From: a phage
Reading direction: 5' to 3' (one strand)
DNA length: 64,000 nucleotides
Assembly (NCBI GenBank): GCA_015370545.1
Contig: GCA_015370545.1_3932.1
Position numbers and translations under genes: made by a program. Of the stretch, positions 19,326 through 28,128 are shown piece after piece (the first letter of the stretch is position 1; every line of letters starts with the position of its first letter). Below the pieces are notes generated by a model. That model was not told the DNA's origin. It worked only from the letters and a program-made list of their open reading frames with translations, and did no database searches.

Positions 19326-19673
19326 ATGACATTTAAAGAGTTCTGTCAAGCTACTTTCATAATTGTTTTCTTAGTTGGGGCAGGTGTCTGGGGAGGATAC
19401 TCTTACAGAGACTACCAAGTTGCTGAAGCTGAGTTAAGCAATGAGAAACTAATAAGTGTTGCTAAAGATGCTTATCAGGAAGGTTTAGCCACACTCAGCA
19501 CCAATTACAAAAATGATTTGAAAGATGTGCTTGCTAAGAATAAGCATACAAAAGAGGTACTAACATATGAAAAAACTAAGCCAGAGTTTTATAATGTTTG
19601 TGTTACTGATAATTATGTCAGGGTGTTCAACGAACAAAGTGAACAGTACATTCAAAAACTCCCAAGTAAGTGA
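19326..19673 (+). CDS. i-spanin (Rz-like)
   Basis: 115 aa; N-terminal transmembrane helix then charged periplasmic domain; contains an overlapping lipoprotein gene in another frame. Confidence 0.65.
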   Translation: MTFKEFCQATFIIVFLVGAGVWGGYSYRDYQVAEAELSNEKLISVAKDAYQEGLATLSTNYKNDLKDVLAKNKHTKEVLTYEKTKPEFYNVCVTDNYVRVFNEQSEQYIQKLPSK

Positions 19674-19836
19674 GAGTGACAAGTACACTCAAGAAGAGTC
19701 AAGATTCACTGTCAAAGGTAATACTGGTAGTGATGTGGCAGCAGCCCTTGAGTTTTATCGTGATGGTTTTTACCAGTGCACAATCAAAGCTAATAACCTT
19801 ATTGATATGATTTTATTAGGAAACAAACAGCAATGA
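19567..19836 (+). CDS. o-spanin (Rz1-like lipoprotein)
   Basis: starts inside the Rz-like gene in a different frame; signal peptide with lipobox IIMSGC. Confidence 0.65.
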   Translation: MKKLSQSFIMFVLLIIMSGCSTNKVNSTFKNSQVSESDKYTQEESRFTVKGNTGSDVAAALEFYRDGFYQCTIKANNLIDMILLGNKQQ

Positions 19837-20102
19837 CAGAGAATGAAGACACTTTCTATGTAGAAGGGTACTTACTGCTACCACGACCAAAAGAAACTTA
19901 TATGCGGGTTGATTTCTCACCAACCATTATGGATAATGTGATGTGTCATATCTTTATGCAAGGTGTCACAGCACAGCTTAAGCACGTTGGTAAAGAGTGC
20001 AAAATAAAGGTTGACACTCATCCAGAAATCAAAGAGAATCACTACACATGGTTCTTACCAGATTCTAAAGAAATCTTAGCAGTTCTTAAAACGAGGAAAT
20101 GA
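19833..20102 (+). CDS. hypothetical protein
   Basis: 89-aa ORF; ATGA overlap with upstream stop. Confidence 0.4.
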   Translation: MTENEDTFYVEGYLLLPRPKETYMRVDFSPTIMDNVMCHIFMQGVTAQLKHVGKECKIKVDTHPEIKENHYTWFLPDSKEILAVLKTRK

Positions 20103-20413
20103 TTATGCAATTCCAGCCAACCAATCGTGGATTTTCTTATGCAGAATTTAAAGATGCTAAAGGGGAAATTTGTACTTTACAAGAGAGTTCATCATATGAA
20201 CCATGTATTTGGTTAGGTGCTAAAGAGGTCTCTGTTCAGTACCTAGATGGTGGCTGGAAAACACTTGATATCCCAGCATTAGTAGGCAAAGATTTTGTAG
20301 GTAACCAAAGAATGAAACTCAACCAAGAACAGGTGAAAGAGTTATTGCCATACCTTCAGTACTTTGCTGAAAATGGTGAATTACCAACAGAGGAACTTAC
20401 AAATGCAGATTAA
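20099..20413 (+). CDS. hypothetical protein
   Basis: 104-aa ORF; ATGA overlap. Confidence 0.4.
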   Translation: MIMQFQPTNRGFSYAEFKDAKGEICTLQESSSYEPCIWLGAKEVSVQYLDGGWKTLDIPALVGKDFVGNQRMKLNQEQVKELLPYLQYFAENGELPTEELTNAD

Positions 20414-20729
20414 TGGAAGAGACTTTGTAGCCGTTTACTACGAGAAAGATAAAGAAGTTGGCGTAGCACAAGTATCTTATGGTAATGGTAAGTGGTTGTA
20501 TGGGACAATCGCAGTAGTCGGAACAAGAAGTGATACAAAAACTTTTAAAGATTGTGTTGACCTCCTTGAAGAATCCATTCAGAATCATTGGTGTCTGATA
20601 TGGATGACTGACAACGAAGTGATAGAACGCTTCAAAAAGATTGATATCAACATTGATAGTATTGAGCATGTTGATTTATATGAGCTAACTGAGAAGGTAA
20701 ACTATGAGAGTAATTCTAGCCAGAGATAA
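20403..20729 (+). CDS. hypothetical protein
   Basis: start set at ATG 20403 (MQINGRDF) overlapping upstream stop. Confidence 0.4.
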   Translation: MQINGRDFVAVYYEKDKEVGVAQVSYGNGKWLYGTIAVVGTRSDTKTFKDCVDLLEESIQNHWCLIWMTDNEVIERFKKIDINIDSIEHVDLYELTEKVNYESNSSQR

Positions 20730-20931
20730 AAAGACACGGAAACTCATCCGGTCAGCAGTATTCATTGGAAGAAATGAAGTCATCCCGTTTACAGCAAACG
20801 ATGTGATAGCCTACAGGAAAAACTTAGTGTTTAGTGATTGCTTGCGTGGCTTCATCTCCCAACCGTTGGAAGACTTTAAAAGCCGTTGTGGTAAAGGTAT
20901 CATCATTCAAGAGGCAATTATCAATGGCTGA
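20704..20931 (+). CDS. hypothetical protein
   Basis: 75-aa ORF. Confidence 0.35.
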   Translation: MRVILARDKKTRKLIRSAVFIGRNEVIPFTANDVIAYRKNLVFSDCLRGFISQPLEDFKSRCGKGIIIQEAIING

Positions 20932-21124
20932 CTTCTGCAAAGACTGTTCTATCGAAATGTTCGGACGTGATACAGGTGACTTAAAAGGTCTTATCACTGA
21001 AGATGACTTTAAAGCTGGTTATGCAATGCCAGTAATCTGTGAAGGTTGTGGGTGCATCTGGGTAGACCACGAAGGACAACGTGTAAAACCTTCAGAAGAC
21101 AAAGAATCTTGGGAGAGATGTTAA
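20924..21124 (+). CDS. small Cys-rich zinc-ribbon protein
   Basis: 66 aa; CKDC...CEGCGC cysteine pairs; start overlaps upstream stop. Confidence 0.4.
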   Translation: MADFCKDCSIEMFGRDTGDLKGLITEDDFKAGYAMPVICEGCGCIWVDHEGQRVKPSEDKESWERC

Positions 21125-21910
21125 ATGGGTATTGTAAAAATAATTAATGGTGATATCTTTGCCGCATTTGATAAAGGTAAGTTTGACATCATCGGTCACG
21201 GTTGCAACTGTATGAATTTAATGAGTGCAGGTATCGCTGACAAGATTTCTAAACTTTACCCAAAAGCATATGAGACCGATACAGAAGTTTATCTGTATGC
21301 AGGTGGTATAGGACACAAACCCTGTGAAAATTTACTAGGTAATTTCTCTGTAGCACGTTTAAAACAAGGTCGTATAGCTAATCTTTACACTCAGCTTAAG
21401 ACTGGTAAAGATGCCCGATACAGTGCTTTAGAGTCATCTTTGAAACAGCTTAACAGATACTGTGAAGTTAATCAGTTGAAGAAAGTTGGGTTACCTATGA
21501 TTGGTGCAGGTATCGGTGGACTTGACCCTCAAGCCGTTACCGTTATCATTAATCAGGTGATGAAGAGTGTAGATGTGTATCTGTATGTCTACGAAGGAGA
21601 GATGTACCACAAGTTACGCTCAGGTTGGAATAACTACTGCGAACCAGAATACTTTGCAGGTGTAGTAACGTTCACAGACAATGCAGTTACCCTCTTCAGA
21701 CGAAGAAAAGGTAAGATACATCAAAGTAACCCTCCGGTTGAAAAGATGTCTCTAAGTAACGCTCTAGTTACCCACCTGTCGAAGAGCAATCACAGAATTG
21801 CAGTAACATTTGGCAGTGATGCAGACACATATATCTATGCAAGGACTGATGAAGATATCGAGGAGATTTTCTCATCACAAGAAGTTACCTTCTTAGACGC
21901 AAAGAACTAA
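21125..21910 (+). CDS. macro-domain protein (Poa1p-like)
   Basis: 261 aa; N-terminal IIGHGCNCMNLMSAGIA matches the H-x-CNC...G-x-GIA signature recalled from yeast Poa1p. Confidence 0.6.
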   Translation: MGIVKIINGDIFAAFDKGKFDIIGHGCNCMNLMSAGIADKISKLYPKAYETDTEVYLYAGGIGHKPCENLLGNFSVARLKQGRIANLYTQLKTGKDARYSALESSLKQLNRYCEVNQLKKVGLPMIGAGIGGLDPQAVTVIINQVMKSVDVYLYVYEGEMYHKLRSGWNNYCEPEYFAGVVTFTDNAVTLFRRRKGKIHQSNPPVEKMSLSNALVTHLSKSNHRIAVTFGSDADTYIYARTDEDIEEIFSSQEVTFLDAKN

Positions 21911-21940
21911 TAAACTCTGTAGAATATTCACAATAGATTA

Positions 21941-21986
21941 AGCCTTCCTTATCTGGTAAATTTTTCAGGTAAGGAAGGCTTTTTTA
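21941..21986 (+). terminator. intrinsic terminator
   Basis: 10-bp stem GCCTTCCTTA / TAAGGAAGGC followed by TTTTTT. Confidence 0.65.
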
Positions 21987-22170
21987 TTTCAAGATTGTGC
22001 AGGTAGAGTTCTGTAGAGAAATCTGTAGAGAAAATTTTGAACTCCAAAGAGAAAATTCATTTTCAAACTGTGCAGGTAATCTCCAAAGAGCTTTTTCATT
22101 TTCAAAACGTGCAGACCCCGCTCAGGTCGGGCAAGAAAAATCATTTTAGAATTGTGCAGGTAGGTGGATG
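21984..22170. repeat. four tandem direct repeats, core CATTTTCAAA-N-GTGCAGGTA
   Basis: copies at about 21984, 22056, 22095 and 22140; CTCCAAAGAG also repeated twice. Confidence 0.6.
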
Positions 22171-22338
22171 CAGGTGGGGATGTCGCCATTTCTCACAAGG
22201 CTAACACATCTGGAAATAAAAGTCAACAGAAAAATTTGTAGCGGATTGAAAAATAATTCTTGATTGTAGTTCTGTTTTGTGGTAGTCGCGTGCGCCCGTT
22301 TCATTACAATTTTTGCAAAAATATTTTTAAAATTCCTA

Positions 22339-22430
22339 TTGACTCTTTGAGTATGGTTATCTAATATTTGCATCAACGGGGAGGGAATGACCTTCCCCAC
22401 TAAGTAAAGTCCTAAACTGGAGATTCTAAA
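22339..22430 (+). promoter_or_regulatory. type A cassette: promoter + 5' stem-loop + conserved SD
   Basis: TTGACT-17-TAATAT, then hairpin GGGGAGGG-AATGA-CCTTCCCC, then CCTAAACTGGAGATTCTAAA-ATG. Confidence 0.6.
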
Positions 22431-22811
22431 ATGGCATACCGTGCACCTAAATTCATCAACAAAGACAACTTCCGCAACGCACTGGAGAAGTCACTTGATG
22501 AAAAATTTAACGGCAAATTGATTGTTGTTCACGCATTCAATTTTAAGTATGATATTAACGGGAATAAAATCAACCATTACACGGCAACCATGTTAGATGG
22601 TACGCTATCAAGTGAAAAAGCCGTACTGAATGCACTTGCAGGACGTGGTAAAAACCTGATAAGCTGCAATAAGAGACGTTATCAAGGTGGCGCATATGGT
22701 TATGATGATGCTGTTTACCATCTTGAAAATATGGGCTATTCAGTGGAGAAAGCTGGAGCGTCTCAAATAATTGGTAGTGATGGTTATGTGACAATCTTCA
22801 AAATTAAATAA
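22431..22811 (+). CDS. hypothetical small protein (cassette gene 1)
   Basis: 126-aa ORF behind type A element. Confidence 0.5.
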   Translation: MAYRAPKFINKDNFRNALEKSLDEKFNGKLIVVHAFNFKYDINGNKINHYTATMLDGTLSSEKAVLNALAGRGKNLISCNKRRYQGGAYGYDDAVYHLENMGYSVEKAGASQIIGSDGYVTIFKIK

Positions 22812-22815
22812 AAGT

Positions 22816-22897
22816 ACTTTACAAGGGGCTTATAGTTCGATAAAGTAAGCCCCAGATAAAGAGCTTTATCACTCAATCCTAAATTGGAGATTCAAAA
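22816..22897 (+). promoter_or_regulatory. type B cassette: TTTACA + GC hairpin + conserved SD
   Basis: AGTACTTTACA, hairpin GGGGCTTA...TAAGCCCC, AGATAAAGAGCTTTA...CCTAAATTGGAGATTCAAAA-ATG. Confidence 0.55.
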
Positions 22898-23155
22898 ATG
22901 GCTATTATCAAAAACGTTGTAGTTCCTGCAAAAACTCGTGATGACGCTCGCATCATGGCGAAAAAGTTAGGCGGGAAAGTGGTTGACAACGGAAAACAAT
23001 CTGCTGTAAGATGGAGCGTGAAGGCTGATAAGCAACTAACCTTAAAACGCAGTTCAAACAATCTTTTTAAAGGTGTAAAATCACTCGGTAAAGTGAACGT
23101 GTTTACCAAAAAAGGCTATAAAATGCACTTATCATTAACTGGCAATTTAATCTGA
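22898..23155 (+). CDS. hypothetical small protein (cassette gene 2)
   Basis: 85-aa ORF behind type B element. Confidence 0.5.
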   Translation: MAIIKNVVVPAKTRDDARIMAKKLGGKVVDNGKQSAVRWSVKADKQLTLKRSSNNLFKGVKSLGKVNVFTKKGYKMHLSLTGNLI

Positions 23156-23163
23156 TAAAGTAC

Positions 23164-23245
23164 TTTACAGGGGGCTTAAAAGCTGATATCTTAAGCCCCA
23201 GATAAAGAGCTTTACCACTCAATCCTTAAACTAGGAGATTCAAAA
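23164..23245 (+). promoter_or_regulatory. type B cassette
   Basis: same architecture as 22816-22897. Confidence 0.55.
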
Positions 23246-23758
23246 ATGAAAACTGTAGAAGCTACCTTTGAAGTTGTAAAAGAAAAATTTTCCATCATTT
23301 ACGAAGCTGTTAATTGCTTTGAAGCAAGCCATAACCTTGATAATTGGGAGTTTACAGATGACCATCAAGGCGGCGTGACTATTAAAAACCCCAACTGTCA
23401 GCGTAATGATTTTAAATATGCAATCCCTTTACATTACAGCCTTAAACAGCTTTCAAGTGACTATGCAAAACAAGGCCGGGAAAATCCATCAAAAGAGGCT
23501 TACATAAGCTTACAGAAAGAACTAGAAAGAGATTTAGAGGCTTCAGAATACAACCTTGCCGCGAAAGTTGTCGATGCAAATGGTCAAACAATTTTAGATA
23601 GTTTTTATATTGGTTACGCTTTCGATTGGTGCTATAGTGACGGCGATGATTTAGAGGATAGACTAAAAGAAGAGGTGAGCAATTCAGACGCAGAATCTGA
23701 AGTATTAGAACGCTTGGAAGCATTAAAAGATTCAGTGATGAATATCTTTAAGAACTAA
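23246..23758 (+). CDS. hypothetical protein (cassette gene 3)
   Basis: 170-aa ORF behind type B element. Confidence 0.5.
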   Translation: MKTVEATFEVVKEKFSIIYEAVNCFEASHNLDNWEFTDDHQGGVTIKNPNCQRNDFKYAIPLHYSLKQLSSDYAKQGRENPSKEAYISLQKELERDLEASEYNLAAKVVDANGQTILDSFYIGYAFDWCYSDGDDLEDRLKEEVSNSDAESEVLERLEALKDSVMNIFKN

Positions 23759-23767
23759 ATAGATTTC

Positions 23768-23845
23768 TTTACACGGGGCTATCAAGCTGATAAGATAGCC
23801 CCAGATAAAGAGATTTATCAACTATCCTAAACTGGAGATTCAAAA
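23768..23845 (+). promoter_or_regulatory. type B cassette
   Basis: TTTACA, hairpin GGGGCTAT...ATAGCCCC, conserved SD. Confidence 0.55.
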
Positions 23846-24142
23846 ATGAAATTATCAAATAAAGTCCGTGAAAATCTAAGCAAGTTACTCAACAAAATTG
23901 ATTTTATCGAGACATCAAGGAATAGTCATGATGTTATGGAATGGTTACACGGAAAAATCAAAGGCCGTCGTGTAGTGATTTGCTTATGGAATAGTTGCAG
24001 GGAATATAAAAAACCTGTATTACAAGTCAATATCTATGATGATACTTTTAAAAGCCCTGTAAAGTCTAAAAGTGATTTATTAGAATCCTATGAGATAACT
24101 GTAAATGGCAAAGTATCAAGTAAAGAGGAAACACCATGTTAA
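23846..24142 (+). CDS. hypothetical small protein (cassette gene 4)
   Basis: 98-aa ORF behind type B element. Confidence 0.5.
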   Translation: MKLSNKVRENLSKLLNKIDFIETSRNSHDVMEWLHGKIKGRRVVICLWNSCREYKKPVLQVNIYDDTFKSPVKSKSDLLESYEITVNGKVSSKEETPC

Positions 24143-24468
24143 TGACTGGTATCACTGCAATCATTGCCATTTTCGCGCTATATAAGGCATATAAAGCCTA
24201 TAATCTAGCAAATAAGGCAATCACACAGCAGGTTAGCAATAGCCTTGTAGAAAGCTTTCTAGGGCGTCTCAGTGATGAGCAAATAAAGCGGTTAGAAATG
24301 AGCTTCAGATTCAAAGCGAAAACCTATCAGATAAGTGACATCTTCAAGGATGATTTCCAGTTAGTCGATGATTATAATTCTCTGATAAATGCTTTAAATA
24401 TCAGTGACTTAAAAGACTACTACGCTGTAATTGTTCAAGAGTTGAGCAAACGAAAACAAAACTGTTGA
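24136..24468 (+). CDS. hypothetical small protein with N-terminal hydrophobic helix (cassette gene 5)
   Basis: 110 aa; start overlaps upstream stop, no own cassette element. Confidence 0.45.
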   Translation: MLMTGITAIIAIFALYKAYKAYNLANKAITQQVSNSLVESFLGRLSDEQIKRLEMSFRFKAKTYQISDIFKDDFQLVDDYNSLINALNISDLKDYYAVIVQELSKRKQNC

Positions 24469-24557
24469 CACTGATTTTTAGATAGATTAAATTACACATC
24501 AACGGGGAGGGAACAACCTTCCCACTAAATAAAGTCCTTAAACTAGGAGATTCTAAA
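24465..24557 (+). promoter_or_regulatory. type A cassette
   Basis: TTGACA-17-TAAATT, hairpin GGGGAGGG-AACAA-CCTTCCC, conserved SD. Confidence 0.6.
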
Positions 24558-24830
24558 ATGTATACTACTAACAATGGCCTCACTTTGAACGTCACACTAC
24601 GTCACTATGTAGATGGTGTCATGCACTTTGAAGATTTACAAGCTGAACAACATATCTTAGATTGGCAAGTCGCAGGACTCCAAAAAACTGCTACGGGATA
24701 CGGTAAAAAGATTCCAACTAGTTGGAAAGTTCACTATGAAGGACGTTTGCGCAGAATTTATCAAGATGTGCAAAGCAATAGCGCATCGAGTTACATTATA
24801 GTAAAAGGTGAAAAACTGCATTTAGTATAA
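24558..24830 (+). CDS. hypothetical small protein (cassette gene 6)
   Basis: 90-aa ORF behind type A element. Confidence 0.5.
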   Translation: MYTTNNGLTLNVTLRHYVDGVMHFEDLQAEQHILDWQVAGLQKTATGYGKKIPTSWKVHYEGRLRRIYQDVQSNSASSYIIVKGEKLHLV

Positions 24831-24835
24831 AGTAC

Positions 24836-24915
24836 TTTACATGGGGTTTAAAAGTTGGTATCTTAAGCCCCAGATAAAGAGCTTTACCCCTAAATCCTAA
24901 ATTGGAGATTCAAAA
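24836..24915 (+). promoter_or_regulatory. type B cassette
   Basis: TTTACA, hairpin GGGGTTTA...TAAGCCCC, conserved SD. Confidence 0.55.
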
Positions 24916-25320
24916 ATGGCTATTAATAATCGTGAGTTATCAATCTTAAAAGCACGTTTAACCGTTAATCGAATCAATGTTATCACGTCATCAGCACCAG
25001 ACGAGACATTACACAACATTATCGGGAAGATTCAAGGTGTTATCTTAGACGTTGAGAATGTAAAAAACTCATTAGCAGACGTTGCAGCAGGTGTTACACT
25101 AGACGGCGCACAATATGAAATGATTGACATGTTAGGCAAATCAAAGGTTATGAATAAAGAGTTAGACTTAAAAATGTTTCGATTTGCCGTGAAAGTATGG
25201 CTATCTGTCGAGTATGATGCTAATTTTGCAATTGCTGATTTCTTTGCCACTTGGTTGCAACGTAACTTAACAAATCATGATTTTCGTGATATCTGTGATG
25301 CAATTTACGCAGAACTTTAA
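24916..25320 (+). CDS. hypothetical protein (cassette gene 7)
   Basis: 134-aa ORF behind type B element. Confidence 0.5.
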   Translation: MAINNRELSILKARLTVNRINVITSSAPDETLHNIIGKIQGVILDVENVKNSLADVAAGVTLDGAQYEMIDMLGKSKVMNKELDLKMFRFAVKVWLSVEYDANFAIADFFATWLQRNLTNHDFRDICDAIYAEL

Positions 25321-25328
25321 AAATTTTA

Positions 25329-25420
25329 TTGACACTGATTTTTAGATAGACTAAATTACACATCAACGGGGAGGGAACAACCTTCCCACTAAATAAAGTC
25401 CTTAAACTAGGAGATTCAAA
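25329..25420 (+). promoter_or_regulatory. type A cassette
   Basis: near-identical to 24465-24557. Confidence 0.6.
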
Positions 25421-25963
25421 ATGAAATGCTTTCACGGTACTACTCAAGAAAACTTTATCAACCTGATTAATAACGGTGATAAACCATCAGGTGTATGGAA
25501 TTGTTCGGATATGGACGGCAATTTTTACGTGTACCCAGAAAATAAACTCTATGGTGATGATGAGGAAGAGATAGCATCGGAAGGTATCCAGCAAGCTCTA
25601 GGAAATGCCACTATCACGGCAGCTTTTCAGATGAAAACTCAAAATATTGTTATCTTAGAACTTGACATTCCAGAGGATGAGCTAAATGATGATTATTCTT
25701 GTGATAACATGTCAAATATAGCAAGCTTTACAGAGTACTTTGATGTAAATTGGATTAAAAAGGTCTATACAACAGAGTTCAACGCTATGTATTCACCTTT
25801 TTGTCTCCCTTCACTGGATAACCCAAATTTGAATTATCTTGATGAAACATTGGAGCTACTTGCTAAAAGTATCCAACAATCCGACAGTATTCAGGTTTTT
25901 TGTGACATCATGGATACACTGACAGAAAACATTGTAGAGAGTGATTTAAAGGTCTTTTTCTAA
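25421..25963 (+). CDS. hypothetical acidic protein (cassette gene 8)
   Basis: 180-aa ORF behind type A element. Confidence 0.5.
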   Translation: MKCFHGTTQENFINLINNGDKPSGVWNCSDMDGNFYVYPENKLYGDDEEEIASEGIQQALGNATITAAFQMKTQNIVILELDIPEDELNDDYSCDNMSNIASFTEYFDVNWIKKVYTTEFNAMYSPFCLPSLDNPNLNYLDETLELLAKSIQQSDSIQVFCDIMDTLTENIVESDLKVFF

Positions 25964-26029
25964 AAACCTATACATTCACCTTATAAACACTGATTAACCC
26001 CTTACAGGGGCTTTTAGAGGGCTTAAATC

Positions 26030-26263
26030 ATGCTTACAACCATTTATCTCATCCTTTCTATCTGTAACGGTCATTCATGTGACTTTAAAGGGCTTGAAGA
26101 GTTTACAGGAAGTAAAGAAAATGCTATTCAGGTTTGCCAGATAGCAAGACAAGACTATCCCGCCAGTGACGACATTCAATGCTACTTTAAGACAGAAGAT
26201 GAAGACGGCATCTATTTTGACAGCGTTGACGGTCAATATGAAATTATCATTGAAAAAGACTAG
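26030..26263 (+). CDS. hypothetical small protein (cassette gene 9)
   Basis: 77-aa ORF; own SD after short hairpin CCCCTT-ACA-GGGGC. Confidence 0.45.
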   Translation: MLTTIYLILSICNGHSCDFKGLEEFTGSKENAIQVCQIARQDYPASDDIQCYFKTEDEDGIYFDSVDGQYEIIIEKD

Positions 26264-26354
26264 ACAAGCCTGATAAAAGTCTGTAAATTGTCAATCAACG
26301 GGGAGGGAATGACCTTCCCCACTAAATAAAGTCCTTAAACTAGGAGATTCAAAA
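26261..26354 (+). promoter_or_regulatory. type A cassette
   Basis: TAGACA-17-TAAATT, hairpin GGGGAGGG-AATGA-CCTTCCCC, conserved SD. Confidence 0.55.
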
Positions 26355-26696
26355 ATGGCTTATGTAACCGTAATTACCGATAAAGCTGGCTCATCTTGGT
26401 CAACTCAGGTTAGTGATAAGATGTCGCCTATGCAGTGCCTAAAATACTTTGAGCAGTGGAACAAAGGCGAGGATGTAAGCCCCTTTCAAGTGATGCAAAT
26501 CATCCATACAGATAACGAAGGGAATAAAACGACCTTGAACAGTGAATACTACGCAAGCCGTTTTGAAACGAGAAGTAAAACAATGAAGCTTTTACGTGAA
26601 TCCGGCTATTCTCATATTGCCGCGCTAATCTGGGATGACCTGCTAAAAAGCCAGCGTATCAGCTATGTAAAACCTGAAAAAATATTCATCAGTTAA
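26355..26696 (+). CDS. hypothetical protein (cassette gene 10)
   Basis: 113-aa ORF behind type A element. Confidence 0.5.
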   Translation: MAYVTVITDKAGSSWSTQVSDKMSPMQCLKYFEQWNKGEDVSPFQVMQIIHTDNEGNKTTLNSEYYASRFETRSKTMKLLRESGYSHIAALIWDDLLKSQRISYVKPEKIFIS

Positions 26697-26825
26697 TCAA
26701 TAACTTACAAAAAACTTTTAAAAAAGTGTTGACAATACCCCTTGACATTGGTAACTTTGTTCGAGGGGGTTTATCTAAAAGGGATTCACTTAATAGATTC
26801 TTTATAGATAAACTTAAAAAATTGC

Positions 26826-26917
26826 TTGCAAAGGCAAATCAAAACAAGTAAATTACTAATCAACGGGAAGGGATTAACCTTCCCACTAAGTAAAGTCCTT
26901 AAACTAGGAGATTCAAA
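26826..26917 (+). promoter_or_regulatory. type A cassette
   Basis: TTGCAA-17-TAAATT, hairpin GGGAAGGG-ATTAA-CCTTCCC (compensatory change), conserved SD. Confidence 0.55.
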
Positions 26918-27448
26918 ATGAACAAGTTTCAAGCTATCAACTATATTCGCTCATCCAACGTTATGACTAAGCCCGTTAAAGATACCTTCGAATTTCGTTG
27001 CAACGGTGTACACTTTGCAACTATCACTAAATCAGAAAACGGGGCTTATTATATACATCGTCGTAATGCCTCTACTGTTGTAGTCTCTCACTTTATGCAA
27101 GCTGTAGCAGAACTGTTACCGCTATTCTTAGGTATTTACTTAGATGAGTGCAAAAACGTTCGCAACCACGTTAAAGACCTTTTAAATGGTTATAAAATGG
27201 CTTATGAACGTTCTATCAAGAATCTTAACAAGTTCTATAAAGCCCCTGAAAATACTGTTTCAATGGCTTACAGTGTAAGCGGTGAGTTGGTTAGCCTCTT
27301 TGAAGTGGAAGAAATCGCGTTGCATGACTTACGCCCTAGCGGTTACTCTAAGACACTAGAGGAAGGTTTAACGTTCAATATCAAGAACTTAGAAAAAACT
27401 TTAAAAGATATTGAAAAAGATATTGACGAGACAATCAAAAATCTGTAA
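26918..27448 (+). CDS. hypothetical protein (cassette gene 11)
   Basis: 176-aa ORF behind type A element. Confidence 0.5.
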   Translation: MNKFQAINYIRSSNVMTKPVKDTFEFRCNGVHFATITKSENGAYYIHRRNASTVVVSHFMQAVAELLPLFLGIYLDECKNVRNHVKDLLNGYKMAYERSIKNLNKFYKAPENTVSMAYSVSGELVSLFEVEEIALHDLRPSGYSKTLEEGLTFNIKNLEKTLKDIEKDIDETIKNL

Positions 27449-27510
27449 ATTGTCAATCAACGGGGGATAACCTCCCCCACTAAACAAAATCCTAAACTGG
27501 AGTTATCAAG
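27423..27510 (+). promoter_or_regulatory. type A cassette
   Basis: TTGACG-17-TAAATT overlapping the upstream gene's 3' end; hairpin GGGGGA-TAACC-TCCCCC (compensatory variant). Confidence 0.55.
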
Positions 27511-27774
27511 ATGGAAAACGTAGAATTAACCACACTTTTACAAATTGCAACCGACAAAGAAGATGTAGCATTATTCCACCGTATCGAAAGCGATTTGTTC
27601 AATGGTGAAATCATTAAAGAATCTTACGAAGTTGTCGGATTCAAAGATGGTAAAGCATTTGGCTTTTTTGACCTCGACAAAAGCAAAGCGGTTACAATGT
27701 ACGATGTTCTATCTTGTGAAATTCTGACAAAATACAACGAAAAAAGGCTTGCAACCTACGCCAATATGCAGTAA
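27511..27774 (+). CDS. hypothetical small protein (cassette gene 12)
   Basis: 87-aa ORF behind type A element. Confidence 0.5.
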   Translation: MENVELTTLLQIATDKEDVALFHRIESDLFNGEIIKESYEVVGFKDGKAFGFFDLDKSKAVTMYDVLSCEILTKYNEKRLATYANMQ

Positions 27775-27841
27775 ATTACTAATCAACGGGGAGGGAATGA
27801 CCTTCCCACTAAACAAAGTCCTAAACTGGAGAATCTAAATT
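27749..27841 (+). promoter_or_regulatory. type A cassette
   Basis: TTGCAA-17-TAAATT, hairpin GGGGAGGG-AATGA-CCTTCCC, conserved SD. Confidence 0.55.
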
Positions 27842-28090
27842 ATGTCAACTATCCGCGTAACTGTTAATGCTTATGGCTGCCACAAACTTGATGCAAAATT
27901 CGATATCGGTGGAACAGATAACACCTTTGACCTTATCAAAATGCTGATTCAGCAGGTGATACCAGATTATAACCCTACTGATGACTTCTGGAAAGATGCC
28001 GTAAAAGAAGCCATAAACGAGGAATCTCACTACCATTATTGGGGTGACTTGATTGTCTCTCTATACTACAGCAAACAAGGCTACAACTAA
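27842..28090 (+). CDS. hypothetical small protein (cassette gene 13)
   Basis: 82-aa ORF behind type A element. Confidence 0.5.
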   Translation: MSTIRVTVNAYGCHKLDAKFDIGGTDNTFDLIKMLIQQVIPDYNPTDDFWKDAVKEAINEESHYHYWGDLIVSLYYSKQGYN

Positions 28091-28128
28091 TCGACGCAAC
28101 GGGGCTAAATAGCCCCAGATACCTTTAC

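Noticed and set aside
25421-25963. ADP-ribosyltransferase call for the 180-aa protein starting MKCFHGTT
   Set aside because: Only a vague H-G-T resemblance; no clear ART motifs (R/H-Y-E or R-S-ExE), so left as hypothetical.
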